NCBI GenBank assembly: GCA_025786725.1
Contig: JAHLTZ010000029.1
Location: 186,001-250,000 of the forward strand
Direction of reading: 5' to 3'
DNA: 64,000 nucleotides
Source of the DNA: Syncephalis fuscata S228
Lineage: Eukaryota > Fungi > Zoopagomycota
In this document: one piece after another, positions 15,526-28,474 of the stretch
Position numbering within the stretch: the stretch's first letter is position 1
Layout: each line of letters opens with the position of its first letter
The notes under the pieces: model-generated
What the model was told of the DNA's origin: nothing
Database searches by the model: none
What the model saw: the letters and a program-made list of their open reading frames with translations, nothing else
Made by a program: the position numbers and the translations under genes

Positions 15526-15879
15526 TTATGCTTCCTCATATCCTTTCTTTGGTGGAGTCTTTTTTGGTGGCGTATTCCTTGGTTTTGGTTTTGATTTTGG
15601 CTTTTGCTCTTTCTTTGGAGGATACGCTGGCGTATTTGGCTTTTTCTTTTCCTCTGGAAGAGGTGATGCTGGTAGAGGACCAGGACAAACTGCACAGCTG
15701 ATGCCAACACTGCAAATCTTCATGCAAATTTTACCACTTTCTTTGCAGATTTGAACTTCCTCAGGACTACAGCTCCGGTCTCCATGCTGAGGATTTGGTA
15801 TTGGTTCGGCGTCTACCGTAGCAACACTAGCCACGTAGATGAGAGCAACGGTACAAATGGTAACCAGTGAGAGCTTCAT
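15526..15879 (-). CDS. Small secreted Cys-rich protein with P/K-rich tail (candidate effector)
   Basis: Single exon with signal peptide MKLSLVTICTVALIYVASVATVDA, a compact 6-Cys domain, then a PPKK/KPK-rich tail. It sits isolated in AT-rich DNA. Confidence 0.8.
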   Translation of the reverse strand: MKLSLVTICTVALIYVASVATVDAEPIPNPQHGDRSCSPEEVQICKESGKICMKICSVGISCAVCPGPLPASPLPEEKKKPNTPAYPPKKEQKPKSKPKPRNTPPKKTPPKKGYEEA

Positions 15880-17672
15880 GATATTCTGGACCAGCAGGAT
15901 ATGCAAGTAAAAGTTTATAAAAGGTGAGGATGATTGTAGAAAGCTGAAGACGAAGTGAAGCGTGTTATAATGTTGCTCAATTCTACGTCTTAAACATGCG
16001 CTATTTAAAGCTTTGGATATTGTAAATAATTCTATGACATAACATTCCTTGGTATGAGATATGAATGGATATCTAGTTTTACGATTGTACAGCGATGTTT
16101 GCTACTATGTTTCAACCGTTTATTAGGCTAAAAGTGCGTGGATCTACTGTGTATAGTCAATTGGCATTGCTATGTTTATTTCATACGTTTAATTCTAATG
16201 ATACGCATATACTGACAAAACGTTAATAAACACTAATTGCATCTATATAATTTACAGCATATGTTTATTTATTGTCTAATATATCTACAACTATCATCGA
16301 CGAATATATTGAATGCCAAACATTTATTAGCATATGTCAATAGGTTGGAACATAGTAATACGTTGTTTCAATGCGTGCAATGGCAGTTCTTTCTATTCAA
16401 GTGCAACCCAAAACTAACCAACTCTTCTAAAGTCGCATCATACCAGTACCTATTGCTTTAGCAGACACTTTTAGCTACATGAAACGTCAAACTGACATGC
16501 TTGTCGTTACTTTCATAGGCCTATATGTTAAATACAATGTTGCTATTTGTTAGTTTAGTAAATACTAAATGTTGATTTACCAACTAGTTATTAATTAAAA
16601 GTTATATTTATTAATTGTTATTGATTTATTCAATCGATCGATATAATAGTAGACTAAATTATGTAATTAGATTGTAATGTTAAACATAGAAAATTACAAT
16701 TTACGATTTACTAATAAAAAAGACAAATGTTATAATGCTGACATATACAGTAAACAATTAAAATTTAGCTACAATGCCAATTAAACACTTACAGTTATAA
16801 CATAATACCATAACTATAATGACTTTATTATTTAATGTTATAGTTAATTAACTATTAATAACATGGATAATTAGTATTATGTGATGAATACACAAGTATA
16901 TGGCTGTTATTATCAAGTCGCACATTGTATATACTATTGTACACGCTGCACTATTGTCGCCATGTCAAATGATATGGCATGTAACATGATTTTAATAAAA
17001 ATATTTGTATATGCGTTATTAAATTATTAAAGACTTGTTTAGTTGCTCATTTAGTATATATAAACCACTGTTATATTTAACGAGTATATTTATATTTTTA
17101 CATATTATAATACATAATATAAAACATTGGAATTGCCTATAATTGTAGGCTATAGTAACAAGCAGTCGAGTGAGTAAGCAAAATAATAATATAAAAAGTT
17201 AAATATAATGATTGTGTAATCCGTAAGAGTAGTTTATATAATGTTATTTTACAATACAATATTGTCAGAATAATTGAGAATGAAATAAAAAAACTTTGGA
17301 ATTCGTGTTCAATATTGTTTTTTTCATTCTACATCCTGAGCTCTATTATACTTAAAGTAGAGCAATATCCACGCAATTGAATTACATATTTAATTATAAA
17401 GGCAGTTCGCTTTGATAAAGACCATGAATGCATAATAGAACTAAACGATAATACGAATCACTGGAAAACAAGTTTAGTGATTTCTAATGTTCTTATTAAT
17501 TATTAGAAGAATGGTTTGGGTTAAACACTGCATTGCGTACAGGCTATGATATACAACGAAATAAATTGATGCATAGAATAAATCACATAATATTATGCTT
17601 ACTAATTAATTATAATAAAAATTTTATTTAAAAACGGTAAAAAAATTACATTATTTTAAGCCATAAAATTCA

Positions 17673-19600
17673 CTAGATTTCCAAATCTTCTTCACCAAGA
17701 TGATGGTCATAGGTATCGCTATCGTGGTAATAGCCTGATTTGGCCATTTCTTCTGTGCCAGTTGTAGATGCAGAATGTAATGGGTTAGTCGTTTCATAGT
17801 CTTCAATAGGATCGGTATAGGAGATATCCATGCCTGTTACATGGCTTGCTCCATCGTCATCTTCTTCATCGTCGACTGCATCAGCAAACTCTTCCTCTTC
17901 CTCTCTTCTCCATCAATATCTTTCTTCTTCTCCATCGATGTCTTCCTCGTCATCGTCATCGTCATCTTCTTCATCCTCATGCGCTTCATCTTCACCATCA
18001 GTCTTGGCCGGTGTCTTTGCTCTACGTGTCTTGGGCGTGTAGCGTTGGTTGGCGGCCTTTGAACGTGCAGCCCGGCGTGGCTTCATTTCCTCAAACTTCT
18101 GGAATACATAATGCTTGCATTTCTCGGCTTCCGGCAATTCTTGAATAAGCATGGCAATGGTAGGATGTGAGAAACCAAAATAGTCTGGCCTGAAGCCGAG
18201 TTTGAGTGTTCTCGCTGGCGTACACGGTTAGCTAAACGAACAGCCGTGGTCCATGCGCCAGTGGCGGTATTTGCCTCAATAACACCATCAGGCTGATCTT
18301 CTGGCTCTAGATAAAACTAAATGCATGGCCATTAATGTATGTAATTGTGTAAATAAACTATTTTACATACCTTGGGCCCATCAACCCCATCTCGAACAGA
18401 GCAGGTATAAATAGTTTGTTTGTCCGGATATTTCATACTGGCATAGGGACGCTGTACAGTGTAGCCTACAGGCCAGATATAACGCTCATTATGAAATGCT
18501 TCTCGGTCATATTCCACTTTGCCAAGGCTTATAATTGTAAGAATGCCTACTTGTACTGGTAAAATGGCCCGGCCATTCTCATCTCGTGGAATTGGCTGTA
18601 CCTTACGTGTATGCGTAATAATTCGACGATTACGTCGAGGGCGGCTACCACCACTACTTGCTGCCTTTGCCATAGGTATCGACTGAACACCAGACATAGC
18701 ACTGGCATTCGGTGTATTTAATCCTCCCATATGGCTTAATGCAGCGGTATTTGTTGCTGATGTATATGCCATGTTAGACATATCATGACTACCTGGTGTT
18801 AATGTACCATGCAGCATGCCAGCGTGGCCCATCTGCGATATATGTGCTGCGACATGCTTCGACAATGCTTGACGTGTCGCTGCTTTTTGTTCTGCTTCAG
18901 CGATCATAGAAGAGTTTACTGCGCGTATTTAGCCAATGTTATACATTTATAAAAGCTACTTACCGGATATAATCGGCGCACCTGTAGCACTTGGCTTTAG
19001 CATCTCAATCTCCTCATCACTTGCCGAGTCATCGTCCATATGCTTATCGGTTGCCTTGACCAGTCGATCGAGCAAAAGACTATAAAGTATTAGATATAAC
19101 ATACTATTAAACCCCACTACTTACGACTTCTCTCTACGTAGTCGTGTAATTCGTGTATTTGCTTGATCAAGCTGGTTAGCAATACGTTCATTTTCCTATT
19201 ATTCATAATATAAGTTAGCCTGCCAGTGGAAGGAGGAAAGAATAGGCATAATACTTGCATCTAAAACAAGCTGCAGCTTTCGTTTCATGCGTTGATATCG
19301 CGCCTCTGGGGACATGCCCAGTTTATCCGAGCTATCCTGACTATGGCCATTGGCAATAGCCAGCTTGTCAAGGTTGTCGTCGCGTGCCGATCCGTTACTA
19401 ACGTAGCTATTCGCGTCCGACGCGGTTGCACCACTCGGTGATGCCATATTCATAGTTACTGTAACGTTATTGGAACTGATCGCGCTGGGTATTTCGCTTT
19501 GATTGACAACCGGTATATCTGTCAGACCGCTGTTGTGGCCACTACCATTGCCGACATACGTCTTCGTTGCCGTGGTTGTTGAATCGGCCATTGGTATCAT
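17673..19600 (-). CDS. FYRN/FYRC domain protein (TBRG1-like) with N-terminal coiled coil and acidic tail
   Basis: Coiled coil RYQRMKRKLQ..ENERIANQLDQANTRITRLRREK, FYRN LTIISLGKVEYDREAFHNERYIWPVGY, FYRC DYFGFSHPTIAMLIQELPEAEKC, and a D/E-rich tail. Single-base frameshifts occur near 18188 and 17915. Confidence 0.85.
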
Positions 19601-20812
19601 ACTAGACTAGGATACACGATACCGACAGCAGGCAACAAACTATGATTGGTAGGATTAAAAAGACGACTGTAATACAATTGGCAGTAGAAGAAAAAGAAAT
19701 AGGTAAAAGTTATTGCACCTATTGACCCCAACTGTATATAAGGCACGTTTGGTGGTTGGTTGGCTATGCAATTGATGAATTAGAGGAAAAAAGATAAAAC
19801 AGAACTGTCGTAATAATATGACTATAGCCGTGGTGGTGGGGAAAGTGAGCGAGCGAGCGAGTTAGTAGAAAGTGTAGAATGTAAGGAAGTGTTTAAAGAT
19901 CAAGTAAAAGAAAGTGTTCACACACTTACAAAATAGACACTATCGACAAACAGAATAGTAAAAAAACTACAAGTAATAATCCTGGTCGGTTGTGAGGGTA
20001 TTGGCAAAGTCGTTAAAGCCGTATGGACCTTGGTAAAGGAGAACAGTGTAATGTTATGGCTATAGTGTACTAGTAGTAGTTGTAATAGAATAGTGCTAGT
20101 GTATTAATAAAACACAGACACCATAGCACATAGAAACACAAGTGTGTTATGGTAGTCACCGTGGACACTAGCGAGTCTTAAGCAGTAGTAGTTACTAGAT
20201 CGCAGTATCTCTACCAATATCAGGCAAGCACAGACACTAATAGACGATAGAGCTCAAAGCGTTGACCAGGTAACAGGCCAATCGATCAATCGAGTAATGA
20301 TCGCGTTAGAACGGTGGCAGCAACAACGTAGCAATGGCTGCACAGCTCCAGTGATTTAGCCGTGAAAAGCACGGCAGCAGTCAGAAATGATTGCAATAAG
20401 CAGTGGGAAGTAGGAAGTGGGAACAAGGAAAGGAGTCACTTATGCCATCTGCTGCCGAAAGGCCACCGCGGACAATAGAACACCGCGCGGAGACTCGCCC
20501 AAAGTGGGAGGGAATAAGGCGCGTGGCATGTTTGGAAAAGGGATTACAAGTACAAGTGCGTAAGTGCGCGCGCGGAGCAAGGAAGCTAAGCTAAGAAGTA
20601 GTAAGCCGTAATTAGACAAGGTTTGTAATCAATACTACAGCTGGTCAGTGAGTAGTTGTAATTAATAAATAATAGGTATCAAACTACGTAAAACAAATAG
20701 ACAGTAATTCGTTTAGCATATAGCGTTCATGACATTAGTACAGTATGTATAGAATGCAAATCGTAAAGTGGAGAAAAGCTTTCTTATTAAAATAGATTGT
20801 GTGTGTGTGTGT

Positions 20813-22111
20813 CTACATTTTTGCTTTAAGTCGACGTGCTTTGCCAGGTCGTTGTTGTGATTTAGTACCACTTGATCCTTTCTTTGCCTATAATTAGTAA
20901 GTAATAAGTAAATATGTTAGTATATAATAAAATAATAATAGATCAATAATGATAGATTGCTAATAATCACTTGTATTATAAATAATACGTACTTTACTAC
21001 CAGAGAATCCTTGTTTCATCGTACGGCTATTAAATCCACTGATATCATCGGTACTTTTTGCAGTATTTGACTTGCTATTGCGCTTCTTGCCACCAAAACC
21101 GAATCTAGCATCCTATAAACAAATATTAATATATACCACATATCTATTAATGATTAATTACCTTTTTCTGTCGTTTGACATTTCGTGCGCCTTTACTAGC
21201 AGCAGTAGATGATGAAGAAACTGCTTTGTCTACAGCAACATCAAATCTTCTTCGTGGTCATCTGTTAAATCGGATCCCTTGCGTTCTAATATTAATAAAT
21301 AACTGGTTAATAATCTATTCAATATATTAATATTAATACTTGTACTTACTCTTCTTCAATGCTTTAATCTTGTCTAATTCGGCACTCTTTGTCTTTTGAC
21401 GTTCTATAGTCTTTTCTTGTTGCACTTTCTTGCCGAATTTCTTTAATTCACGTTGACGGCGTGCATCTTCTGAAGCAATAACCTTGGTGCGCTCATCCAT
21501 TAGTTTACGACGAATCTTTTCCATGTGAGCATCGGTCTTGACCATTTCGGCAAAATAATCAGCTGGGCGGTCCACAGGAACCTTTGCCTTGCGCAGTGTC
21601 TTTAATCCAAGCTCTGCCGCTTCAAGTGCTTGTGTATAGAAGGCCAATTCTCGTTTAAGATCATCGTGCACATCATCTGGCACTACTGGCTCGCTACTGG
21701 TTATTGTTTGAAGCTCGACCCAGGGTAGATGTTTTAACGATAACTCTCCTTCTAGACGACATAATGCTTCCTATTTGCCAATAGCATTAGTTGGTTATAA
21801 ACTGGTAACTACTGACAAATACTTACATGGTTATCAATTACTGGGCGCTGTTCTTCTTCTTGTTCACGTTGTACTTGTAAAGCAGCCAGCATTTCAAGTT
21901 CTGCCTCGTCGTTATCCTCTCCATCTTCTTCGTCTTCAGAATTTTGATCACTGCCATTGCCTATCGACTGTTCATAATCATTTGGATCGAAAACACGGCT
22001 ATCAGGATCGGCGTCACCGTCTGAAATTTCATCTAGCGAAATATCCTCAGAGATATCGCTTGCTGGTGCTTCTTGCCGTTCTGGCACTCGTCGAGTCTGC
22101 TTACGAGCCAT
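20813..22111 (-). CDS. EBP2: rRNA-processing protein EBP2, multi-exon
   Basis: DVHDDLKRELAFYTQAL..RPADYFAEMVKTDAHMEKIR..RELKKFGKKVQ, and C-terminal DARFGFGGKKR..KSNT..RPGKARR. Confidence 0.95.
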
Positions 22112-22351
22112 AAATAAATCTACACTGCAATCAGAATAGATTATAATATATATATGTAATAGAAATGAATCTACGACTCAAATAATAGCGCAAACAGTAA
22201 ATTGTGATGTCGTGATTAGAAAGAGAGCACAGCCGACCAATTCGTAAAAAAGAAAAAAGAAAAAACACTAAACTATCCAATTTCTTATTAATAGTATTCA
22301 ATTGTTATTTGACTACATTGCGTAGTAATTGCAACAAAGGTGCTTTTTGCC

Positions 22352-23829
22352 ATGTTTAAGTTTAATTTCGTAGGTTATTGCTATGTTTAGTGATATAACA
22401 TTGATGTTGTTAGTTTTAAATAGGCATTAGACGAAACTAATGAGGTGATTCCATCTCAGGACACCTCTACAATAACCAATACGGTCGCTGAAGATATACA
22501 AAATCTATCTTTAAATACGGAACAGAATGTTAGAAATGCCGAGAAGGTCGATATAGATTGTTTGGTAAGCGTGTTTATTTATTAATAATGTAGACTATTT
22601 ATACAATTTAAAGATACCAACATTACCGGAAGGTATTCTAACACAAGTAGTTATAGCAAGTAAAGAGCAAAATGGTGAAATTTATCCAGCCATGAAACGA
22701 CGTGAGCTGGCCGATATCAAGTTTCAAATTGCCAAGAAGATATGGGCGCTTCATCAGATGATATAAAAGAGAGTAAAAAGGCTCAAGAAAGGGATTGGCT
22801 ACGGGTCGATGGTAGTGATTTAATTAACGGTATCTATGAAGGTAATAGCTTTATTATACAGCAATGATATAAATGTAATATATTGATTAATATTTAGGTG
22901 GATTTAAAACATGGGAATGTGCATTTGATTTGATGAATTACTTGATGAACTCTACCCGGCCGGTCAATTGAATAATAAACGTGTACTTGAGGTAAGTCAA
23001 TAATAATTCGTTATAGTAATATTGCCAATCAGTAACAATGAATAGCTTGGCTGTGGAGCTGCTTTGCCAAGTATCCGGCTATTACAACGCCATGCGAATG
23101 TTACGTGGATATGCAGGATTATAACGTAGATGTACTACGTTTAACTACATTACCAAATGTTTTGGTAAATACTACTGCTCCAGCTTCGTTAGAAGAATCA
23201 TTGGCGCCTCTTGAGCATATTATTGGTGAGAATCCATCGGATGCACATAGTGAAAAGGAGTCGGAGTCGGAATTAGAAGATGTAGAGGAGGAGGATGGAG
23301 AAGATGATGAAGAAAAGCCGATCATGGATTATAATTCACCAGATTGGCATCCATTACCTTTATCTTCAGCACGTGCAGCGTTAGCTCATATAATTGCTCA
23401 AAGATCACAATTTTATGCCGGAGATTGGTCTACGCTATCGGTAAGTAATTGCAATTAATTAATTAACTATTATGAACTAATAATATAATAGACGGTGGTA
23501 GATGGGCTTCACAGTTATGACATTATTTTAACTGCTGAAACACTGTATCATGCCGATAATCATGGCCGACTTTATACAGCCATTCGAAATACTATGCGTC
23601 GCCCTAATGGCAAAGCGTAAGTAAACTTGGCTATTGTTTCATATTGCTAACCTGCATGGACGCATAACTCAGATATGTAGCTGCCAAGACCGTTTATTTT
23701 GGCTGCACTGGTAGTACACTTAGTTTCATCGATTATGTCAATTCAGTTGGTGAATTGACTGTAGCGCGATGCCATCAGGTTGATAGTAGTGTAAAGCGTG
23801 AAATACTTTGTCTTACATGGATCCAATAA
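22352..23829 (+). CDS. HPM1: Histidine protein methyltransferase (Rpl3 His; METTL18/Hpm1), multi-exon
   Basis: MFKFNF start, DLINGIYEG-GFKTWECAFDL, VLE-LGCGAALP, QDYN, FYAGDW, YDIILTAETLY, YVAAKTVYFGCTGS, VKREIL. Confidence 0.88.
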
Positions 23830-24080
23830 TTATTTCTTTATTGTTGCTACTCATAATCATTAAGTAACAATTAAATATTCGCTATGTTACATCGATATGA
23901 ACCAAACGATTAAACACATGTCTTTTGTGTGTCTGTGTGTAACAAGTCTTAACATTTTCCATTTATATACACACATTTCATATTTGGTGCCTGTCCTTTA
24001 TTTTACTTATACGTTTCATCTCAGTTATTGTTCCTACTTGGCCACGTTTAGTCTACATCTTTAGTTAACTTAAAAATAGC

Positions 24081-27000
24081 ATGCCATTGGTAAGTAGTAA
24101 TTAGTACAATTACTAGCGGTTTTATTAATAATGCGTATAGAACTCGGATTCCGACCAGTATGATTCTTTTGATGATTCCGATAGTATGACGGTAAGTAGC
24201 TAGATAGACTATGGCTGCTAATGCTTATTAATAATTTATTGGCTTATACGACTTACTAACTGCTATTAGCTGGAATTGCCAGCTGCCAATGTACATCGTA
24301 GCGGTACTTTTGCTTCAGACGATGAACACGATGTTAGCAGTAATCATCTGCATGGTACAGGTCGTGAACCTGTATACTCCAGCGTGGAATCTGATACACC
24401 GCTTGGACGCCACCGATACCGCAGCAATAGCCAGGACTCACTTGATCAGAAATACACGAAAGACGCACGTCTGCCGAACAATGCAGCGCAATGGAAAGAC
24501 AGTAAAACCAATTCGGGGTCTCGTAATAAATATAAAAGCGATGATACAACTATGGTCAGTGAAATACGGATCGAGGTGGATACTACAATGTACAATGCAT
24601 TAAATGACAGCCCAGTCACACCCGGATTTGGAGCAGATGCTATCAGTAATATGTCATTTGCGCATTTTAAAGGATTTAAGCCAGATAAGCTGCGTTCAGG
24701 TTCAGTTTCTAGTGAAGATATAACTATGACTGATCGAGAGCGCCAAGATAGTCAAGCATCGACGCGTGGAGCTATGCCAATGCTAGAGGAAGAATATACG
24801 GATGATGAAAATGGCAAGGCATGGAAGTCAGAAACAGATGAGTCTAAGAAAAGTCAAAAGGACGGATATGTTGCCGAAATGGCACGTAGACTTATGAACA
24901 AAGATAGCGATTCATCACTTTCAGTTACTATGGAACGGCATCAAAGAAGCGTTAGTGAAGGGCGTAATGGATTGCGGGATAAAAACAGCTTTAGTCCAAG
25001 TAAGAATCATTTGAAAACTGGATCAGAAGATAGATCTCGATCACCAAATGGACAATCTCGTTCAAATTGCAGCGATCAGAGCGATGACAGCACAAGCACA
25101 GTGGCACAACTTGCCGCTAGATTTGGAAAACGCCAAACACCAAATCGACCTGCACCAGTAAAGACTGGCCAGTCACCATCCGACGTAGTTACAACGTTAG
25201 CATCGCCTACTCGCGCAGCAGCAATGGCCGATGTACATGCAAGTTTAAGTATATTTAAAGGAAGGCGCAAGTCGAAGGAATTTGCAGCCATGCAACGTAG
25301 CGTGATGGCCAATGCAACTGCAAGCGTTGCAGCAACTTTAGAAACTAATGAACCAGAAGTTGTTAAATCACCCAAAAAATCAAAACTACCATTTTTTGGA
25401 CACAAAAAAGCCGGCAGCAGCGATGTGACAAGTAGTAATGACCATGCCAAAAGTACAAAAACGTCACGTAGATTAAGTGACTCGAATACAAGCTTGGTGG
25501 CCTTACCCAATTTACCACCGGGTAATGATCTTAGTGATATACCGTCATATATTTCTGATGAGCCAAGAGCAAGCTCAATATCAATTGCTGATGAGATTGC
25601 CAAGTTACTTCCTGATGCCGGCTGGACAGCATTAACTACAGGCGGTGGTACATGGGCCACACACCCAAATGCCGTGGCACCGTCCTTAAACGAGCCATCT
25701 TTGATGTCACAATCAAGTCAAATATGGAATATTGAAACTAAGCTGCAATCAGAAGAAACAGACGATTTATTAGTACAGCTATTAGTATCGCAGGCAATAA
25801 TCGATGCAAAGGATTTTGAAGTACTTGGTCTGGAAGAAGTAGATGAAGTAAAGAATACACATCGTTTATTACAGTCTCGTGTACAGTCACAGGGTGCAAG
25901 GCTAGCGTTGGAGACAAAGATCCGTGAAGCAGCACGTAATCTAAGTCGGCTCCATGCAGGTAACCGCGAATTGGCACGTCAAGCAAACGATCAACTACAA
26001 GCATCAAATCGCAAGGTCGACCAAGTAGCTACAGAGTTGTGGAAACTAACGCAAAGAGCTGCCGATGTACAACGGTCATGGCTTCAACATACAGCCGGTG
26101 CATTAGTACGTGGTATTAAGTCATTAGAAATGCAACTAGATACTGTTCGTTCGCAAGTACACACGACAGCAACTACGGTGGCCGATACTCAAGTATCTGA
26201 CAGAGTTTCACGCGCCACTGTTGAACTGCGCATGGAGGCTGATTCATATAAAAAGGACCTTGAATCACGACAACGAGAAGTACAATCGCTACGCGGTGAA
26301 TTGGAAGCAGTTTATCTTAAGCTAGAAACAATATCAATGGTTGGACATGCAGGCGAAGAAGCGGCAAGAAATGCTGAAGATCGACTAACATCAATTGAAA
26401 GCGAATTAGAATCAGCACGCAATCGATTGTATAATATGCAAACGGAACTGAATAAAGCACGTGAACAACTGGCACGCCATGAAGCAGAACCGCCGACCGA
26501 TTTACGTGCTGCTGTTCAAGCAACGTTGCGTGAAGCGATGTTAAGTAAGGAAAAGAGTCGTACTGAGGCAGAAGGAGAACGGCGACGACGTGAAGACGCT
26601 GAACGACATATTGAAGGACTAACGCAAGAGCTTGAAGAGCTACGTGCTGCCTCTTCAACAAAAACAAGCAAAGATGATACAGAAGCTATTCAGGAACGTG
26701 ATAAACGCATTACAATTCTTCAGCGCCAAATCAAAGAGGCTACTGAAGACATTGATTTACTACGCGCTGAGTCACAAGAAACGAACGAAATACTCCGTGA
26801 GCTGTTTTCAGGCTTGCCTGAACTAACGCCCATGTCATCAGGCCCGGATATGCCGCCGCCATCGCCACGTCTTTCAGCACAAACACGATATTCACTCGAT
26901 GCATTTGTGCTACGTATACAAAATCTAATAGCACATTATCGTCGTCTTACCGATAAGGTGCTTGTATTACAATCACGCACAGAAGAATTAAATGAAACAA

Positions 27001-27917
27001 TTGAGCAGAATAAAGAAACAACTGCAGAGGCTGAAGAACGTGTTGACAAAGCTTTATTACAGGTTAAACGAGCTGAAGAACGGGCCGAGAAAGAAAAAGA
27101 ACGAGCTGATCTTGCAATAGCCAGTGCAGAGGATAAAGCAAGTAATCAGATCAAGGTATTAGAACAGGAACTGGGGTTGTTACGTGAAAGAGAAGTAGAT
27201 GTACAAACGGCTGTTGCAAGATTAACCAAAGATCTTGAGGCCGCTGAAGAGGCAACATCGTTTTCTGATGAAACGATAAGTGTACGTGTTGCACAAGCTG
27301 AAGCACAAGCTGAAGAACGTATTATAAAAATCAGATACGAGGCAAAGGAACAAATCCAGGCGGCTGAAACGCGCGTAGCGGACGTTATAAAGCAGTTAGA
27401 ACAAGCCGAGTCTTGTGCAACAAATGCAGCAAATAAGCTAGAAGAGGAAAAGACACGGGCGGAGCGCGCAGAAGCTGCTTTAGCAAAAGCAACAGCATCA
27501 GCATCAGCAGCGGCACTTGCTGCTAAAGAAGATGATAGATTTAAGACATGTTGTCTTCAACTGCAGGAACGTTTGGCGGCCATTGCTTACAAGGAAATGG
27601 ACTTGGATGCCACCGCTAATTCACTCCGGTCACAGCTACGCCATATACAACACACGGCTGTCGATCTTCATCATATTGTAACGTCTAAACTTGGTAATAC
27701 AAATGAAATTGAAAACAATGATAAATTGTCGCCAATACGTGGTCGTTTGGATTCAGTAGGCATACTGGAATATCGAAGCGAACTCGAAATGGCCAATCGT
27801 GAAATTGAACGGCTACAGCGAATGGCTGCCGAATGGCAAGATGAGCGTCTAATGCTTGAAATGAACGTAGAAGCATACCGCACTCGTGTTGTTGATTTAG
27901 AAAAGCATTCCGAATAA
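24081..27917 (+). CDS. Uds1 (up-regulated during septation) domain coiled-coil protein
   Basis: Two short 5' exons from ATG 24081 precede a 1213-aa ORF. LLVSQAIIDAKDFEVLGLEEVDEVK..RLALETKIREAARNLSRL..SNRKVDQVATELWKL..LQHTAGAL is the Uds1 signature, followed by a long coiled coil. Confidence 0.85.
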
Positions 27918-28474
27918 GCACGACCAATAGTATTAATCGCTAACCTTCTACGTGTCGTTTATTTGTTTTTTATCAATTATCTACTAAGTGATAATTATTT
28001 TTATTTAAAAATAAAAGTATTGTATTAATTAATAAGTTAATCAATAGTTGCACAATGACTATTACACAAATAAAAATAATGATAAAAATAAATATTTTAT
28101 AGTAACTTTAAACCATTTATGGTAATAAAGATCTAAACATTTACTATTTTTATAAATAAGTAGTTGTTATTTTTAAATGTATTGAATGTAATCATAAAGG
28201 AACTATTTGGTTAAATTCAATGCAAGTGCTATTTATTTGCTGCAGTGTGACGATCCATTAAACTACATAATGCATACTTTGTCGATCAATCAGTGGATTT
28301 ATATTGCTACTAAACTTGGCTATGTTTAGTAGTAAATAGTTTTAAATTATCATTGCTCCATTTTTTGGTTTTTGTTGGTTTCAGCAATATTCTTTGCAAT
28401 TATTGCGCACAATCAACAATTATATTTGTACTAGCTGCTTCTTGTGCGTTAAACGATAGTGGAATTATCGCATT

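Noticed and set aside
16000-17640. AT-rich gap checked for genes, transposons or another micro-exon array
   Set aside because: No periodic AG-N3-GT pattern, terminal repeats or credible ORF was seen.
17830-18148. Plus-strand Ser-rich and His/Leu-rich ORFs
   Set aside because: They are antisense shadows of the acidic low-complexity tail of the FYR gene.
20403-20594. GC-richer patch with a 63-aa GTG-start ORF
   Set aside because: It has no protein features and is more likely the promoter or leader region of the FYR gene.
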